In this document: positions 37,523 to 46,734 of the stretch, in pieces | Numbering within the stretch: position 1 is the stretch's first letter | Layout of the letters: every line of letters begins with the position of its first letter | Assembly (NCBI GenBank): GCA_043775825.1 | Contig: JAYVRX010000088.1 | Span: 10,598-74,597 of the forward strand | DNA: 64,000 bases | From: Deinococcales bacterium | GTDB lineage: Bacteria > Deinococcota > Deinococci > Deinococcales > JAAFIG01 | Direction: 5' to 3' | The notes under the pieces: model-generated | The model's database searches: none | Seen by the model: only the letters and a program-made list of their open reading frames with translations | What the model was told of the DNA's origin: nothing | Made by a program: the position numbers and the translations under genes

Positions 37523-38023
37523 ATGTCACTGCCGTATGATTACCTCATCACCGAAGCTGAACGTTTTAACGTCAAGCTCGAGATTATTACTGGGGCAACA
37601 GTCTGGGAAGCCAGCCCAGTTTTCAAACATCAATGGGAAGTAGATCGTATTCGAGCATCTGTTCGTCGCCTCGAGTCAACCTGTGAATGTATCACCACCG
37701 CCGATACCTTGTTTAAATTCCCCGATGATTCACTGAAGCGCCCTGACATTGCTGTGCTTCGCACCATGCCCGACCTTGAAACTGCGGACATTGCACTCGA
37801 GTTAATTCCGACGGCAGTGGTCGAGATTATTTCTAAAAATTACGAGTACAAAGACCTTGTGCTCGCACCACCGTTTTATTTATCGCAAGGTGTGCAAGAT
37901 ATTCTGATTTTCAACCCAGCAGACAAATCTGTTCTGCATTACCGACCCGATCTCGAGCAACCAAAAACCTACATTTCACCGATTACGCTGACCCTCGAGT
38001 GCGGCTGTGAAATTACGATTTAA
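37523..38023 (+). CDS. Uma2 (DUF820) family endonuclease-like protein
   Basis: 166 aa with RPDIAVL ... PTAVVEIISKNYEYKD ... YLSQGVQDILIFNP. Confidence 0.6.
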   Translation: MSLPYDYLITEAERFNVKLEIITGATVWEASPVFKHQWEVDRIRASVRRLESTCECITTADTLFKFPDDSLKRPDIAVLRTMPDLETADIALELIPTAVVEIISKNYEYKDLVLAPPFYLSQGVQDILIFNPADKSVLHYRPDLEQPKTYISPITLTLECGCEITI

Positions 38024-38048
38024 GCTCGAGTGGTGCTAACATTTCGAT

Positions 38049-38633
38049 ATGACCCTAGCTTTTGATGGTTCAAATCAGAACATGAATCCAGAAATTCAGC
38101 GTCGTAAATTCACGCTTGAAGAATTTGAACGCATGAGTGATCTGGGATTGATCTCAGAACAACACGCGGAATTGTTGAATGGGGAGATTTTCGTGAAAGG
38201 AATGCAAAGCGGCAGACACGCTTATGCCATCACCACGCTCGCAGAAAAAATGAACTCCTTATTTCAAACTCGAGCTTCTATCGCTTTCCAAGTACCCTTG
38301 ATTTTGCTTGCGCCACCACCAGATTTTGTCGAACCCGACGTTTTGGTACGCAATGCTCCAGCCACACAATACGCCACCCGAAATGCCAATGCAGAAGATG
38401 CAATTCTGGTTGTCGAAGTCAGTGATTCCACCCTCGAGCGTGACCAAACCGATAAATTAAAAGCCTACGCCCGAAATGGGATTCTCGAATATTGGATTTT
38501 AAATTTGCACAGCAACCAACTCGAGGTTTACCGCGAACCAAGCGGCGAAGAATACTTGTTTATTCGCAAATACAAAGCTGGTCAAGCAGTTACTGCGCTC
38601 GAGTTTCCAGATTTGCTGCTCGAGTGGTGGTGA
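38049..38633 (+). CDS. Uma2 (DUF820) family endonuclease
   Basis: 194 aa with FTLEEFERM...ELLNGEI...EPDVLV...ILVVEVSDSTLERDQTDKLKAYARNGILEYWILN. Confidence 0.75.
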   Translation: MTLAFDGSNQNMNPEIQRRKFTLEEFERMSDLGLISEQHAELLNGEIFVKGMQSGRHAYAITTLAEKMNSLFQTRASIAFQVPLILLAPPPDFVEPDVLVRNAPATQYATRNANAEDAILVVEVSDSTLERDQTDKLKAYARNGILEYWILNLHSNQLEVYREPSGEEYLFIRKYKAGQAVTALEFPDLLLEWW

Positions 38634-38671
38634 AAGTCACTCGAGACTACAAAGATAATTTTAGGCTGCAA

Positions 38672-39607
38672 TCACGCAGTTGTAACGTATTCCCAATAAT
38701 TTGAATTTGGAACGAGAGTACATTGATTGACCAAAAAGATGCGTTCCATAGGAATATTTCCAACAAAAGTTTCGCCTCTGTAACGCAACGCACCCATTTC
38801 CTTCAGTTTTTGAAGTCCTAAATGGTGAATTTGGCGACCTAAATCTTGCTTGCGAAGTTCAGGCGCAATACCGCAAAACATGCCCCCTTGTCGTTGTTTG
38901 GGTTGGGTGTACCTGGGCATCAAAAGCCCAATTTCTTGATTGTTTTGATGAACAATAAAATTTTGCGCCGCGCCGCCAATTCGCTCGAGGAATTCTCCCT
39001 GAGCGATTCGTTCTTCAATCACGCCAAGCGGATCGTCTAAATCCTCTGCGGCGGTTGGGTCAAACGAGTTGCTTTGAATCAATTCCAGTAGTTTTGCCGC
39101 TCTTGACAGGCTTTCTTCGGCATCCGTGATGTCTTCTAGCGACAAATCTGTCCGTAGAGGCTCGAGGTTCTGAAGGTCACGCCCATAGCCTTGATTTTGA
39201 AATGAAAGCCTCAAATTGAATTTCTTCGGTGATTCAGGCAGCACGAATCCAACCAATTCTTCGTCAAACGCAACCCGCATTGAAGCCGAATTTTTGGCTG
39301 ATAAATTCAACAAGGTCTGGACAATCACTTCGATCACTTCGGGTCGTTGATTCGGCACAGAAATATTTGGACTGCCAACAGTTGATAGTAATTTTTTGTC
39401 GCCCAAAGTATCGATTTTCCACTGAAATATTCCGATAATCTTACTATTTTCAACAATACACAAAACTTTTTTGGGATCAAATTTTCCACTTTTGAGGTTA
39501 TCTAACATCTTTTCCGTTTTTTCTTGCTTTTCTTTTACACTTAAATCCTGAAATCTAAATTCGACGTAGGCAGCGATTGTATTTTCATCACAAATTTGTA
39601 CGTTCAT
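38672..39607 (-). CDS. Hypothetical protein, possibly GNAT-like
   Basis: 311 aa, low GC. The C-terminal part vaguely resembles acetyltransferase motif A (QDLGRQIHHLGLQKLKEMG). Its start overlaps the upstream esterase stop (ATGA). Confidence 0.35.
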   Translation of the reverse strand: MNVQICDENTIAAYVEFRFQDLSVKEKQEKTEKMLDNLKSGKFDPKKVLCIVENSKIIGIFQWKIDTLGDKKLLSTVGSPNISVPNQRPEVIEVIVQTLLNLSAKNSASMRVAFDEELVGFVLPESPKKFNLRLSFQNQGYGRDLQNLEPLRTDLSLEDITDAEESLSRAAKLLELIQSNSFDPTAAEDLDDPLGVIEERIAQGEFLERIGGAAQNFIVHQNNQEIGLLMPRYTQPKQRQGGMFCGIAPELRKQDLGRQIHHLGLQKLKEMGALRYRGETFVGNIPMERIFLVNQCTLVPNSNYWEYVTTA

Positions 39608-40626
39608 ACATCACCCAACATAAACTCGAGCGAATCCACCAAACCATTGCGCCAAGTCACCCAGTTATGCCCGCTCGGACGCTCGAGATAGCGGTGCGTA
39701 CAGCCCTTATCGAACAGCATTGCGGCAAAACGACGGTTTGCGCCCAACAACCACTCGAGTTGCCCACACTCGAGTGAGAACCGAATGGGTAATGGCTCGA
39801 GGTTTTGAAATTGGCTGAGCAACCATTCGCTCGCGCCGCGTTTGTAGGGTTCGTTGGGCACGCCTTGAAACGCGCCCGATTGCGCTACGACCAAACCGAA
39901 CACGTCTGGGTGTTGCATGGCAGCATACACGCTTGCCATGCCGCCCAAACTCGCGCCCCACAACCCTCGGGTGGCGGCGTCTCGAGACACTGGAAACTTT
40001 GCCTCAATTTCGGGCAATGCTTCGGTCAGCAAAAACTCGAGGTAGTGCGGGTTCAAATGGTACTCGAGGGTGCGGTCATTCGGCTCGAGGAAAACTAGAA
40101 TGGCGGGTTTGATGCGGTTTAAATGCAGCAGGTTTTCCATGACGCTGCCAAGTTTGCCTGTGCGGCGGTAAGCAACCCCATCTTGCACGTAAAAGACTGG
40201 GTAGACTCGAGTTTCGTCAAAATGTGGTGGCAAGTGAACGTAAGCGCGGCGCGTGCCTGCAAAAACCTTGCCAGCCCAGTTGAGCGACACGGTGCGCCCC
40301 TTCGGGGCGTCGGTCAGGGGTTCACGCAACGGATGCGATTCGTAACCCCCGAGGATCGCGGCACGACCATATTTGTACCAGGGGTTTTCAGCCCAAACGT
40401 CATTTTCAGGATCGGCAAAAGGCACACCATATTCATCCAGGAAGGCATATTCAACAAATGCGCCTTTGGGAAACTCGAGCGTGATTGAATCTTCAACCTC
40501 GAGCTTGATGGGTTTGTCCAGACCATCCGTGAAATCGCCAATCAGGGCGTGCGCATTTGTTGGCGCAGTAAAAGTCACCTGGTTTTTAAGAATCTGAATC
40601 GGCATTATCAGAAATATAACCCGCAT
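39604..40626 (-). CDS. Esterase family alpha/beta hydrolase (enterochelin esterase-like)
   Basis: YVHLPP...YPVFYVQDG and nucleophile elbow GASLGG. The start may be 40605. Confidence 0.75.
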   Translation of the reverse strand: MRVIFLIMPIQILKNQVTFTAPTNAHALIGDFTDGLDKPIKLEVEDSITLEFPKGAFVEYAFLDEYGVPFADPENDVWAENPWYKYGRAAILGGYESHPLREPLTDAPKGRTVSLNWAGKVFAGTRRAYVHLPPHFDETRVYPVFYVQDGVAYRRTGKLGSVMENLLHLNRIKPAILVFLEPNDRTLEYHLNPHYLEFLLTEALPEIEAKFPVSRDAATRGLWGASLGGMASVYAAMQHPDVFGLVVAQSGAFQGVPNEPYKRGASEWLLSQFQNLEPLPIRFSLECGQLEWLLGANRRFAAMLFDKGCTHRYLERPSGHNWVTWRNGLVDSLEFMLGDV

Positions 40627-40630
40627 CCTG

Positions 40631-40661
40631 GCAACAAAAAACCCTCGAGATTCTCGAGGGT
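40631..40661 (-). terminator. Rho-independent terminator after rpsI, stem built from two CTCGAG copies
   Basis: On the minus strand: ACCCUCGAG-AAU-CUCGAGGGU (9-bp stem) followed by UUUUUUGUUG. Confidence 0.75.
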
Positions 40662-40680
40662 CTAAAAATGCAAATCTGTC

Positions 40681-41073
40681 TTAACGCTTGGAGAATTGCG
40701 GCGCACGACGGGCTTTTTTCAGACCGTACTTCTTGCGCTCTACTTCCCTTGAATCGCGGGACAACAAACCGGCTGGTTTGAGTTTCACACGGTTATCGGC
40801 ATCAATACGCACCAAAGCGCGAGCCAAACCAAGTTTGATCGCGTCGGCTTGACCGGTAGGTCCGCCGCCTTCGACGGTGATGGTCGCGTCAAAACGACCC
40901 GCCGCACCCGTTACACGCAAAGGCTCGAGGGCTTGAACGGCTTTGATGATGCCACGGAAGTAATCTTGGAAATCTTTACCGTTAACGGTAATGCGACCCT
41001 CGCCATTGCGAAGAAACACGCGAGCAACGCTGGACTTGCGGCGTCCTGTGCCGTAAAAAGATTCAACGGTCAT
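40681..41073 (-). CDS. rpsI: 30S ribosomal protein S9
   Basis: 130 aa with [13 protein letters not shown] ... [19 protein letters not shown] ... [19 protein letters not shown]. Confidence 0.95.
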   Translation of the reverse strand: MTVESFYGTGRRKSSVARVFLRNGEGRITVNGKDFQDYFRGIIKAVQALEPLRVTGAAGRFDATITVEGGGPTGQADAIKLGLARALVRIDADNRVKLKPAGLLSRDSREVERKKYGLKKARRAPQFSKR

Positions 41074-41522
41074 TCTTTCACCTCATACTTGGCGTGTGGC
41101 AACTCGAGCTTAACGGGTTTTTGCGCGGCGTGTGGATGGTTTTCGCCGCGAAAGACTTTCAAGTGCGTGTGCAGCGAGCGACCAAGACGACCCTTTGGCA
41201 ACATACCGAACACGGCGTGTTCGATCATGCGTTCTGGGTGCTTTTCAATCGCAATACGGGCGGTTTCTTTTTTCAAACCGCCCTGATAACCGCTGTAACG
41301 GGTGTAAACCTTGGTGTCGAGCTTGCCGCCAGTCAAAACGACTTTTTCGGCGTTCAAGACAATCACAAAGTCGCCATTGGCGAGTTGCGGGGTGTAATCG
41401 GGTTTGTGCTTGCCACGAATCAACGTTGCAATGCTGGTCGCCAGACGACCAAGCGTCAACCCAGTCGCATCAATCACGACCCAGTTAGCTTCGGTTCTTT
41501 GGGGAAGGTAAGTTTTGAACAC
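41070..41522 (-). CDS. rplM: 50S ribosomal protein L13
   Basis: 150 aa with [28 protein letters not shown]. Overlaps rpsI by 4 nt. Confidence 0.95.
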   Translation of the reverse strand: MFKTYLPQRTEANWVVIDATGLTLGRLATSIATLIRGKHKPDYTPQLANGDFVIVLNAEKVVLTGGKLDTKVYTRYSGYQGGLKKETARIAIEKHPERMIEHAVFGMLPKGRLGRSLHTHLKVFRGENHPHAAQKPVKLELPHAKYEVKE

Positions 41523-41669
41523 GAGATATCCTCCGAAATCCGAACATGAATGCTCGGAATGGTTTGCCGCTTTTCAAATCCGTACTGATTTTCGGGGGAA
41601 TATCATCGGACTGTTCGGAGGGCGACTCCGAGGATCGTACCCCTACCAAGGTTACGACACCGAATTGAG

Positions 41670-41698
41670 ATAGTATCATGACTTTCCCGAGTTGACAA
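41670..41698 (-). promoter_or_regulatory. Sigma70-type promoter of rplM-rpsI with about a 140-nt leader
   Basis: Minus strand reads TTGTCA, a 17-nt spacer, then TACTAT. GGAGG lies 8 nt before the rplM ATG. Confidence 0.45.
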
Positions 41699-41849
41699 AT
41701 CAATTTAAAACCTCGATTGGCACAAGTTAAATGTGAGTCTCGAGTCAAATTCAAAGGGTTCTTGAGGTTGAACCATTTCATCAAATCTGGGAATCTCGAG
41801 GCTCATGTTAAGAAATCTCTGTGCCAATGGGTAATCACATTCTTGACAA

Positions 41850-41912
41850 CAAGACGCACCTTCTTGATCCCAAAACGCACCTTCTTGCTCACAAAACAGC
41901 ACCTGACGGGCT
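41850..41912. repeat. Three tandem degenerate 21-bp repeats in the rplM / rplY divergent spacer
   Basis: The units are CAAGACGCACCTTCTTGATCC, CAAAACGCACCTTCTTGCTCA and CAAAACAGCACCTGACGGGCT. Confidence 0.6.
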
Positions 41913-42062
41913 ATTCGCGCTTCAGGCGGGATCGCTGACGGGCATTGTCGCAGGATTGCCATTACGTTCAGGAAAATTTTATGGTTTTTGCTCTTCCAAG
42001 AACTGGCTTCATGGTGTACACTTCCAAGGCTGCCTGGAAAACGGGCGTTGGAGGAATTACAA

Positions 42063-42668
42063 ATGGAATTAAATGTCTTTGACCGTTCGCAAAAATCCAG
42101 TGCATTACGCGCTGATGGAATGCTGCCCGCAGTGGTGTACGACAAAAAAAGTAACCGCTCTATCTACCTCGAGCGCAAAGCTTTCGATAAGGTTTTCCGT
42201 GCCGTCAGCACCCACGGTGTGATTACCCTAAAGTTCGAGAATGGTGACAGCCTCGAGACGCTGGTCAAAGCCGTTGCGATGGACAAGCGCAAACGCATTC
42301 CAGAACATGCCGATTTCGTGATTATTTCTGACGAACCCGTCGAAGTTGTTGTGCCGATTCACACCAAAGGCACTGCCAAAGGCGTGAAGGAACAAGGCGG
42401 CGTACTTGATATTGTGCTTCACACCCTAACGATCAAATGCTCACCGAAAAACATTCCACAAGAACTTGTGGTGGACATCACCGACGTTGGTTTGGGTCAA
42501 CCTGTCCACGCCAGCGACATCGTATTGCCTGAAGGCGTCAAACTGATTTCTGACGCCAAAGCTACCGTCTTAACCATTCACCAACCACGCGGTGCGGAAA
42601 ACGTTGCAGCAGTCGTTGCGGGCACAGAACCAGAAGTCATCACCAAAGGCAAAAAAGAAGCCGAGTAA
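42063..42668 (+). CDS. rplY: 50S ribosomal protein L25 / general stress protein Ctc
   Basis: The ATG at 42063 is preceded by GGAGGAATTACAA. MELNVFDRSQKSSALRADGMLPAVVYDK is a typical L25/Ctc N-terminus. About 200 aa, with the C-terminal Ctc domain. Confidence 0.85.
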   Translation: MELNVFDRSQKSSALRADGMLPAVVYDKKSNRSIYLERKAFDKVFRAVSTHGVITLKFENGDSLETLVKAVAMDKRKRIPEHADFVIISDEPVEVVVPIHTKGTAKGVKEQGGVLDIVLHTLTIKCSPKNIPQELVVDITDVGLGQPVHASDIVLPEGVKLISDAKATVLTIHQPRGAENVAAVVAGTEPEVITKGKKEAE

Positions 42669-42691
42669 ACTGCGGTATCTCGAGGAATTCA

Positions 42692-42720
42692 AGGGCGCTC
42701 GAGAGGGCGCTCTTTTTGTT
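42692..42720 (+). terminator. Candidate terminator/attenuator between rplY and pth
   Basis: AGGGCGC-ucgagagg-GCGCUCU (7 bp including one G.U) followed by UUUUGUU. It sits only about 11 nt before the pth ATG. Confidence 0.4.
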
Positions 42721-42730
42721 GGGGTTTATT

Positions 42731-43354
42731 ATGAGCAGCATTCAATTGATTGTTGGACTGGGCAACCCAGGGGTACAGTACGCCAAAACCAGGCACAACA
42801 TTGGTTTTATGGTGCTCGAGGAAGTGGCGCGACGGGCAAACTTAAGTTTTACCAAAAAACTCAATCTCGAGCTGACCGAATGGCGTGTTGGTGCTGGAAG
42901 ATTGCATTTGATGAAACCGCTCACGTTTATGAATTTATCTGGAAATGCCGTTGTGCCGTTCGCAAAATTTCACAAACTCGAGCCTCATCAAATTCTGGTT
43001 GTGCATGACGATTTGGACTTACCATTTGGGCGTTTGCGCTTTCGGCTTGGAGGCTCGAGCGGTGGGCAAAACGGCGCGAAAGACATTCACGCCAAACTTG
43101 GCACTGATGCGTTCGTGCGCTTAAAAGTTGGCATCTCAAGACCCCCTGAAGGTTGGGAGGTTGTGAACTGGGTGCTTTCAGGATTTCAGAGCACTGAAAC
43201 GGCATTGCTCGAACAAGTCATCAAAACGGCGGCTGATGCGGTGATCGCAGCGACTCGAGATGGATTTACCAAGGCGCAAGCCGATTTTAACGGCACGGAT
43301 TTAAGACCGAAACCAGAACCCGTGAAAGCTGAAACTCGAGCAGAACCCAGCTAG
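42731..43354 (+). CDS. pth: Peptidyl-tRNA hydrolase
   Basis: [17 protein letters not shown] ... [20 protein letters not shown]. Confidence 0.9.
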   Translation: MSSIQLIVGLGNPGVQYAKTRHNIGFMVLEEVARRANLSFTKKLNLELTEWRVGAGRLHLMKPLTFMNLSGNAVVPFAKFHKLEPHQILVVHDDLDLPFGRLRFRLGGSSGGQNGAKDIHAKLGTDAFVRLKVGISRPPEGWEVVNWVLSGFQSTETALLEQVIKTAADAVIAATRDGFTKAQADFNGTDLRPKPEPVKAETRAEPS

Positions 43355-43415
43355 GCGTTGGTTAGAATCAATATGTTGGATGAAATGCGCGTACTTTCAA
43401 CCTCACGGAGGAGTA

Positions 43416-43766
43416 ATGAAGAACGACTACCGTTTCCCCACAATGAAATTCTCAAGTGTGTATCCACTTTATGTTGCAAAAGTGGAACGTAAGAACCGCA
43501 CCCGAGAAGAAGTTGACCAAGTGATCTGCTGGCTGACTGGTTATAGCCAGACAGGTTTACAAGAGCAGATACAAAAACAAAACGACTTCCAAACGTTTTT
43601 TGCGCAAGCTCCAGCAATTCATCCAAATAGCTCGCTGATTAAAGGCGTCATTTGCGGTGTGCGCGTGGAAGAAATTAATGATCCCTTGGTGCAGAAGGTG
43701 CGATTCTTGGACAAACTGATTGATGAACTCGCCAAGGGGAAATCACTTGAGAAGGTCATGCGTTGA
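43416..43766 (+). CDS. DUF2200 family protein
   Basis: The ATG at 43416 is preceded by [37 protein letters not shown] matches my memory of DUF2200. Confidence 0.55.
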   Translation: MKNDYRFPTMKFSSVYPLYVAKVERKNRTREEVDQVICWLTGYSQTGLQEQIQKQNDFQTFFAQAPAIHPNSSLIKGVICGVRVEEINDPLVQKVRFLDKLIDELAKGKSLEKVMR

Positions 43767-43787
43767 TTGCGACAACTCGAGAAGGAT

Positions 43788-44537
43788 TTACACCGCTTTG
43801 ATCGGCAATGGAAACACCGCGCCCGTTTTCGGTTCACTGCCAATCCAAACCTCAACACCGTACAATTCGCGCAGCAGTTCTGGTTGAAGCACCTCGAGCG
43901 GCGTACCGTCGGCAACCACTTTCGCACCATTTAATGCAATCACGCGGTCAACCCTCGAGGCGTAAGGCAGGTCATGGGCGATAAAGACGATGCTCGAGCC
44001 ATTGGCGGCTCGCTCGAACAGGGTTTCGAGCAGGCGCATTTGATAGCGTGGATCAAACCCCGAAAGTGGTTCGTCGAGCAGTAAAATTTTGGTTTCCCTG
44101 GATAATGTCATGGCAATCCAGGCGCGGCGGGCTTCGCCTGTTGAGAGTTTGGTCATGGGCACAAATTCCAGGCTCTCGAGTTCCATTGCGCGTATGGCGG
44201 CGGCTCGAGCCTGTGGTTTGGGTTCGGCTTGATCTATCAGTTCGGCTATCGTCAGCGGGAACGGCACGCTCGAGTGGGAGGGCAAAAATGCTAGGCGTCG
44301 GGCGATACCTGCCTTGGAAAATCCTGTCATGGGTTTGCCCTCGAGGAGCATCTCGCCGTCGTGTAACTCGAGGGGTGCTAATCCTGCGAAGGCTCGAATC
44401 AGCGTGGTTTTGCCTGAGCCATTTGCGCCAATAATTGCGGTGATTTCGCCTGTTCTAAATTCGAGGTTGACCTCTTCAACAATAATTCTCGAGCCTCGTC
44501 GGACGCGAACGTTTTTGGCTTCCAAGAGGGTGGTCAT
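43788..44537 (-). CDS. ABC transporter ATP-binding protein (iron-chelate/cobalamin FecE/BtuD type)
   Basis: Walker A GANGSGKTT, signature LSTGEARR, Walker B LLLDEPLS. The ATG at 44537 overlaps the permease stop (ATGA). Confidence 0.85.
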   Translation of the reverse strand: MTTLLEAKNVRVRRGSRIIVEEVNLEFRTGEITAIIGANGSGKTTLIRAFAGLAPLELHDGEMLLEGKPMTGFSKAGIARRLAFLPSHSSVPFPLTIAELIDQAEPKPQARAAAIRAMELESLEFVPMTKLSTGEARRAWIAMTLSRETKILLLDEPLSGFDPRYQMRLLETLFERAANGSSIVFIAHDLPYASRVDRVIALNGAKVVADGTPLEVLQPELLRELYGVEVWIGSEPKTGAVFPLPIKAV

Positions 44538-45550
44538 TGCGCTCTCCGACTCAGGAAAATCAGGTAGATTCCGCCAACCAACGTTGTGAATGCGCCTGCT
44601 GGAACTTCGTTTGGAGACAGCAAGGTACGTCCGAGCAAATCCGAAAGTGACACCGCAATCGCACCGATCAAACACGCTGCGGGAATCAAACGGCGGTAAT
44701 CCGTACCGAGCAAGCCTCGAGCCAGACCTGCGGCAATCAAACCAACAAAGCCCATTAAACCGCTTGTACCAACGGCAACACCAGTCAAAATGGCTGCCAG
44801 GAAGATCAAACCGTTTCGGGCAACTCGGGCGTTTAAACCCAAATTCTGTGAGACATCATCGCCGAGTTGCACCAGGTTTGCGGCGCGTCCGAGCAAGAAG
44901 GCGATCACGATGGCGGGAATCGCAATTGGTAGCATGGCGTTCAGTTGCGGTGTGCCTTGGGCGTAAAAGCCGCCAACCACCCAGCCGATCACATTGGCAC
45001 TCGAGGGACTTGCACCCAATGCCAGCAGCAATGCCAAACCCGCCACGCTGATGGAAGCGAAACTGACGCCGACCAGGGCACGGCGTTCGCTCGAGGTGTC
45101 CTGGGTGAAACGTGTGACCAAAAATGCCGCCTCGAGTGCACCGAGCACACCCAGAATGGGCGTACCAAATCCGGCGTAACCACTGACTTGCAGCAGCACA
45201 GCGTTAAGCGCTGAAAAGCCTGCCAACCCGAGCAAGTACGGGTCGGCGAGCGTGGTACGAAAACTACTCTGCAAGAGTGGTCCTGCCAAACCCAGGCAAG
45301 CACCAACCGCCACGGTCAAGAAGACTCGAGGGGCGCGAACTTCACCCATGATTTGGTTGAGGGTGGTATCGCCGCGACCTGAAAGCCAAGCCAGCACGTC
45401 TTGCAAGCTGACGGGGTATGAACCGACCACCAGCGAAATGGCAATTACAATCACCAGCACAACGACAAGCGCTAAAAACCAGAAGATCACCGTGCCACGC
45501 TCGAGCGGCAGCACAGAACGGGAGTGTTGAGATTGAACAGGTTCGGTCAT
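44534..45550 (-). CDS. FecCD-family ABC permease (iron-chelate/cobalamin type)
   Basis: 338 aa with about 9-10 TM segments. Typical FecCD motifs include RNGLIFLAAILTGVAV and PAGAFTTLVGGIYLIFL. Confidence 0.85.
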   Translation of the reverse strand: MTEPVQSQHSRSVLPLERGTVIFWFLALVVVLVIVIAISLVVGSYPVSLQDVLAWLSGRGDTTLNQIMGEVRAPRVFLTVAVGACLGLAGPLLQSSFRTTLADPYLLGLAGFSALNAVLLQVSGYAGFGTPILGVLGALEAAFLVTRFTQDTSSERRALVGVSFASISVAGLALLLALGASPSSANVIGWVVGGFYAQGTPQLNAMLPIAIPAIVIAFLLGRAANLVQLGDDVSQNLGLNARVARNGLIFLAAILTGVAVGTSGLMGFVGLIAAGLARGLLGTDYRRLIPAACLIGAIAVSLSDLLGRTLLSPNEVPAGAFTTLVGGIYLIFLSRRAQ

Positions 45551-45625
45551 TGACTTCCTCGAGATTTCTAAAAATTGGGAACGGATTTGAACCCGTCCCC
45601 AAAGGATAACCTGATTTTCGGTACT

Positions 45626-46534
45626 TTACTTTTTGGGGTACAACAAACCCAGCAAGGTGCTCATCGATTCGGCGGCGCGTGGACCTGGGGCGGTCACGAA
45701 CGGATCGGCGTCGAGCAAATGTACGCGGTTGTTCTTAACGGCATTTAAGTTCTTAAACACGGGTTGAGTCTCGAGTTTCTCGAGCGGGCTTGGGGCGTAA
45801 GCACCCGTGGCGGTACGAGGACGGAACGCCAGGATCACGTCGGGATTGGCTGCCACGATTTGCTCGAGGCTTAAAACCACAAATCCTGGTTGACGCGGGT
45901 CGGCGCTCGGTGTGCCTTTGGCGACGTTGATTGCGCCAAGTTTCTCGAGCAGATCACCAATGTAAGTTTCGTCGGTGGTGGAAAAGCTCTGCCCACCTGC
46001 TGCCAGCAACGCCAGCACTTTTGGTTTACTGGTTTTAGGGACTTTGGCAATCACGCGCTTTATTTTGGATTGCAAGAATTGCAAAGCGACTTTGGCTTGA
46101 GTCTCAGAATTGGTCAGTTGACCAATCAAGGTGTAATTGTCATACACGTCTTTAAGGCTCGAGTCAGCGCCAACGATCAACGGCACGCTGAGCGCTCCCA
46201 AGGCTCGAGCTTGCGCGGCGGTTGTGCCGACGCTGCCGAGCATCAGGTCTGGTTTGAGTGCCAGAATTTTTTCGATGTCCGGACGGTAGGCGCTGCCGAT
46301 TTCGGGAATGCTTTTGACTTTGGCTTCAGGGTAGGTCGCACTCGAGGGACGACCAATTGGATTTAAACCAATGTCAATCATAATTTCGGTTGTAGTCAGC
46401 GACAACGCGACAACACGTTTAACGGGCGCGTTAACGGTCACGCTGCGACCAAGGGCGTCACGGATGGTTAACGGGGCAGCAATGGCAAGTCCAGCAAAAA
46501 GCGCAGTCAGCGCGATAGAACGGGCTATTTTCAT
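45626..46534 (-). CDS. ABC substrate-binding protein, periplasmic binding protein type (BtuF/FhuD-like)
   Basis: 302 aa with a signal peptide and PBP type 2 pattern (RVVALSLTTTEIMIDIGL ... KPDLMLG ... ANPDVILA). Confidence 0.8.
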   Translation of the reverse strand: MKIARSIALTALFAGLAIAAPLTIRDALGRSVTVNAPVKRVVALSLTTTEIMIDIGLNPIGRPSSATYPEAKVKSIPEIGSAYRPDIEKILALKPDLMLGSVGTTAAQARALGALSVPLIVGADSSLKDVYDNYTLIGQLTNSETQAKVALQFLQSKIKRVIAKVPKTSKPKVLALLAAGGQSFSTTDETYIGDLLEKLGAINVAKGTPSADPRQPGFVVLSLEQIVAANPDVILAFRPRTATGAYAPSPLEKLETQPVFKNLNAVKNNRVHLLDADPFVTAPGPRAAESMSTLLGLLYPKK

Positions 46535-46734
46535 GGTGACTCCTCGAGAAACTGTATGAACTCCGTAAGCCTGAAGCCACGGGCGATAAGAACATTAACC
46601 GTGAATCCCTCGAGAAATGTCCCAAATATAAAAATACGATCCAATGTAGGGGCGAACCTTGTGTTCGCCCTGTGACACAACGATTTCTCGAGTATTAGCA
46701 CCCCAAAGATCAGCCATTCAGTGCCTCGAGAATT

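Noticed and set aside
41705-42145. ORFs spanning the rplM-rplY spacer (41705-42145 minus, 41821-42072 plus, 41485-41784 minus).
   Set aside because: They have no SD or start context, overlap each other and the promoter/leader region, and give compositionally odd translations. The region is treated as non-coding regulatory DNA.
46535-46734. A possible cobalamin riboswitch or Fur/DtxR box in the 200-bp leader of the BtuF/FecCD/FecE-type operon.
   Set aside because: Read on the minus strand, the region has only loose resemblance (GAGGGATTCACGGTTAATG...CGCCCGTGGC) to the conserved cobalamin core. There is no clear B12 box and no convincing Fur or DtxR dyad. The GGGCGAAC-acaag-GTTCGCCC hairpin (46650-46670) lacks a U-tract. 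A covariance-model scan is needed before making any call.
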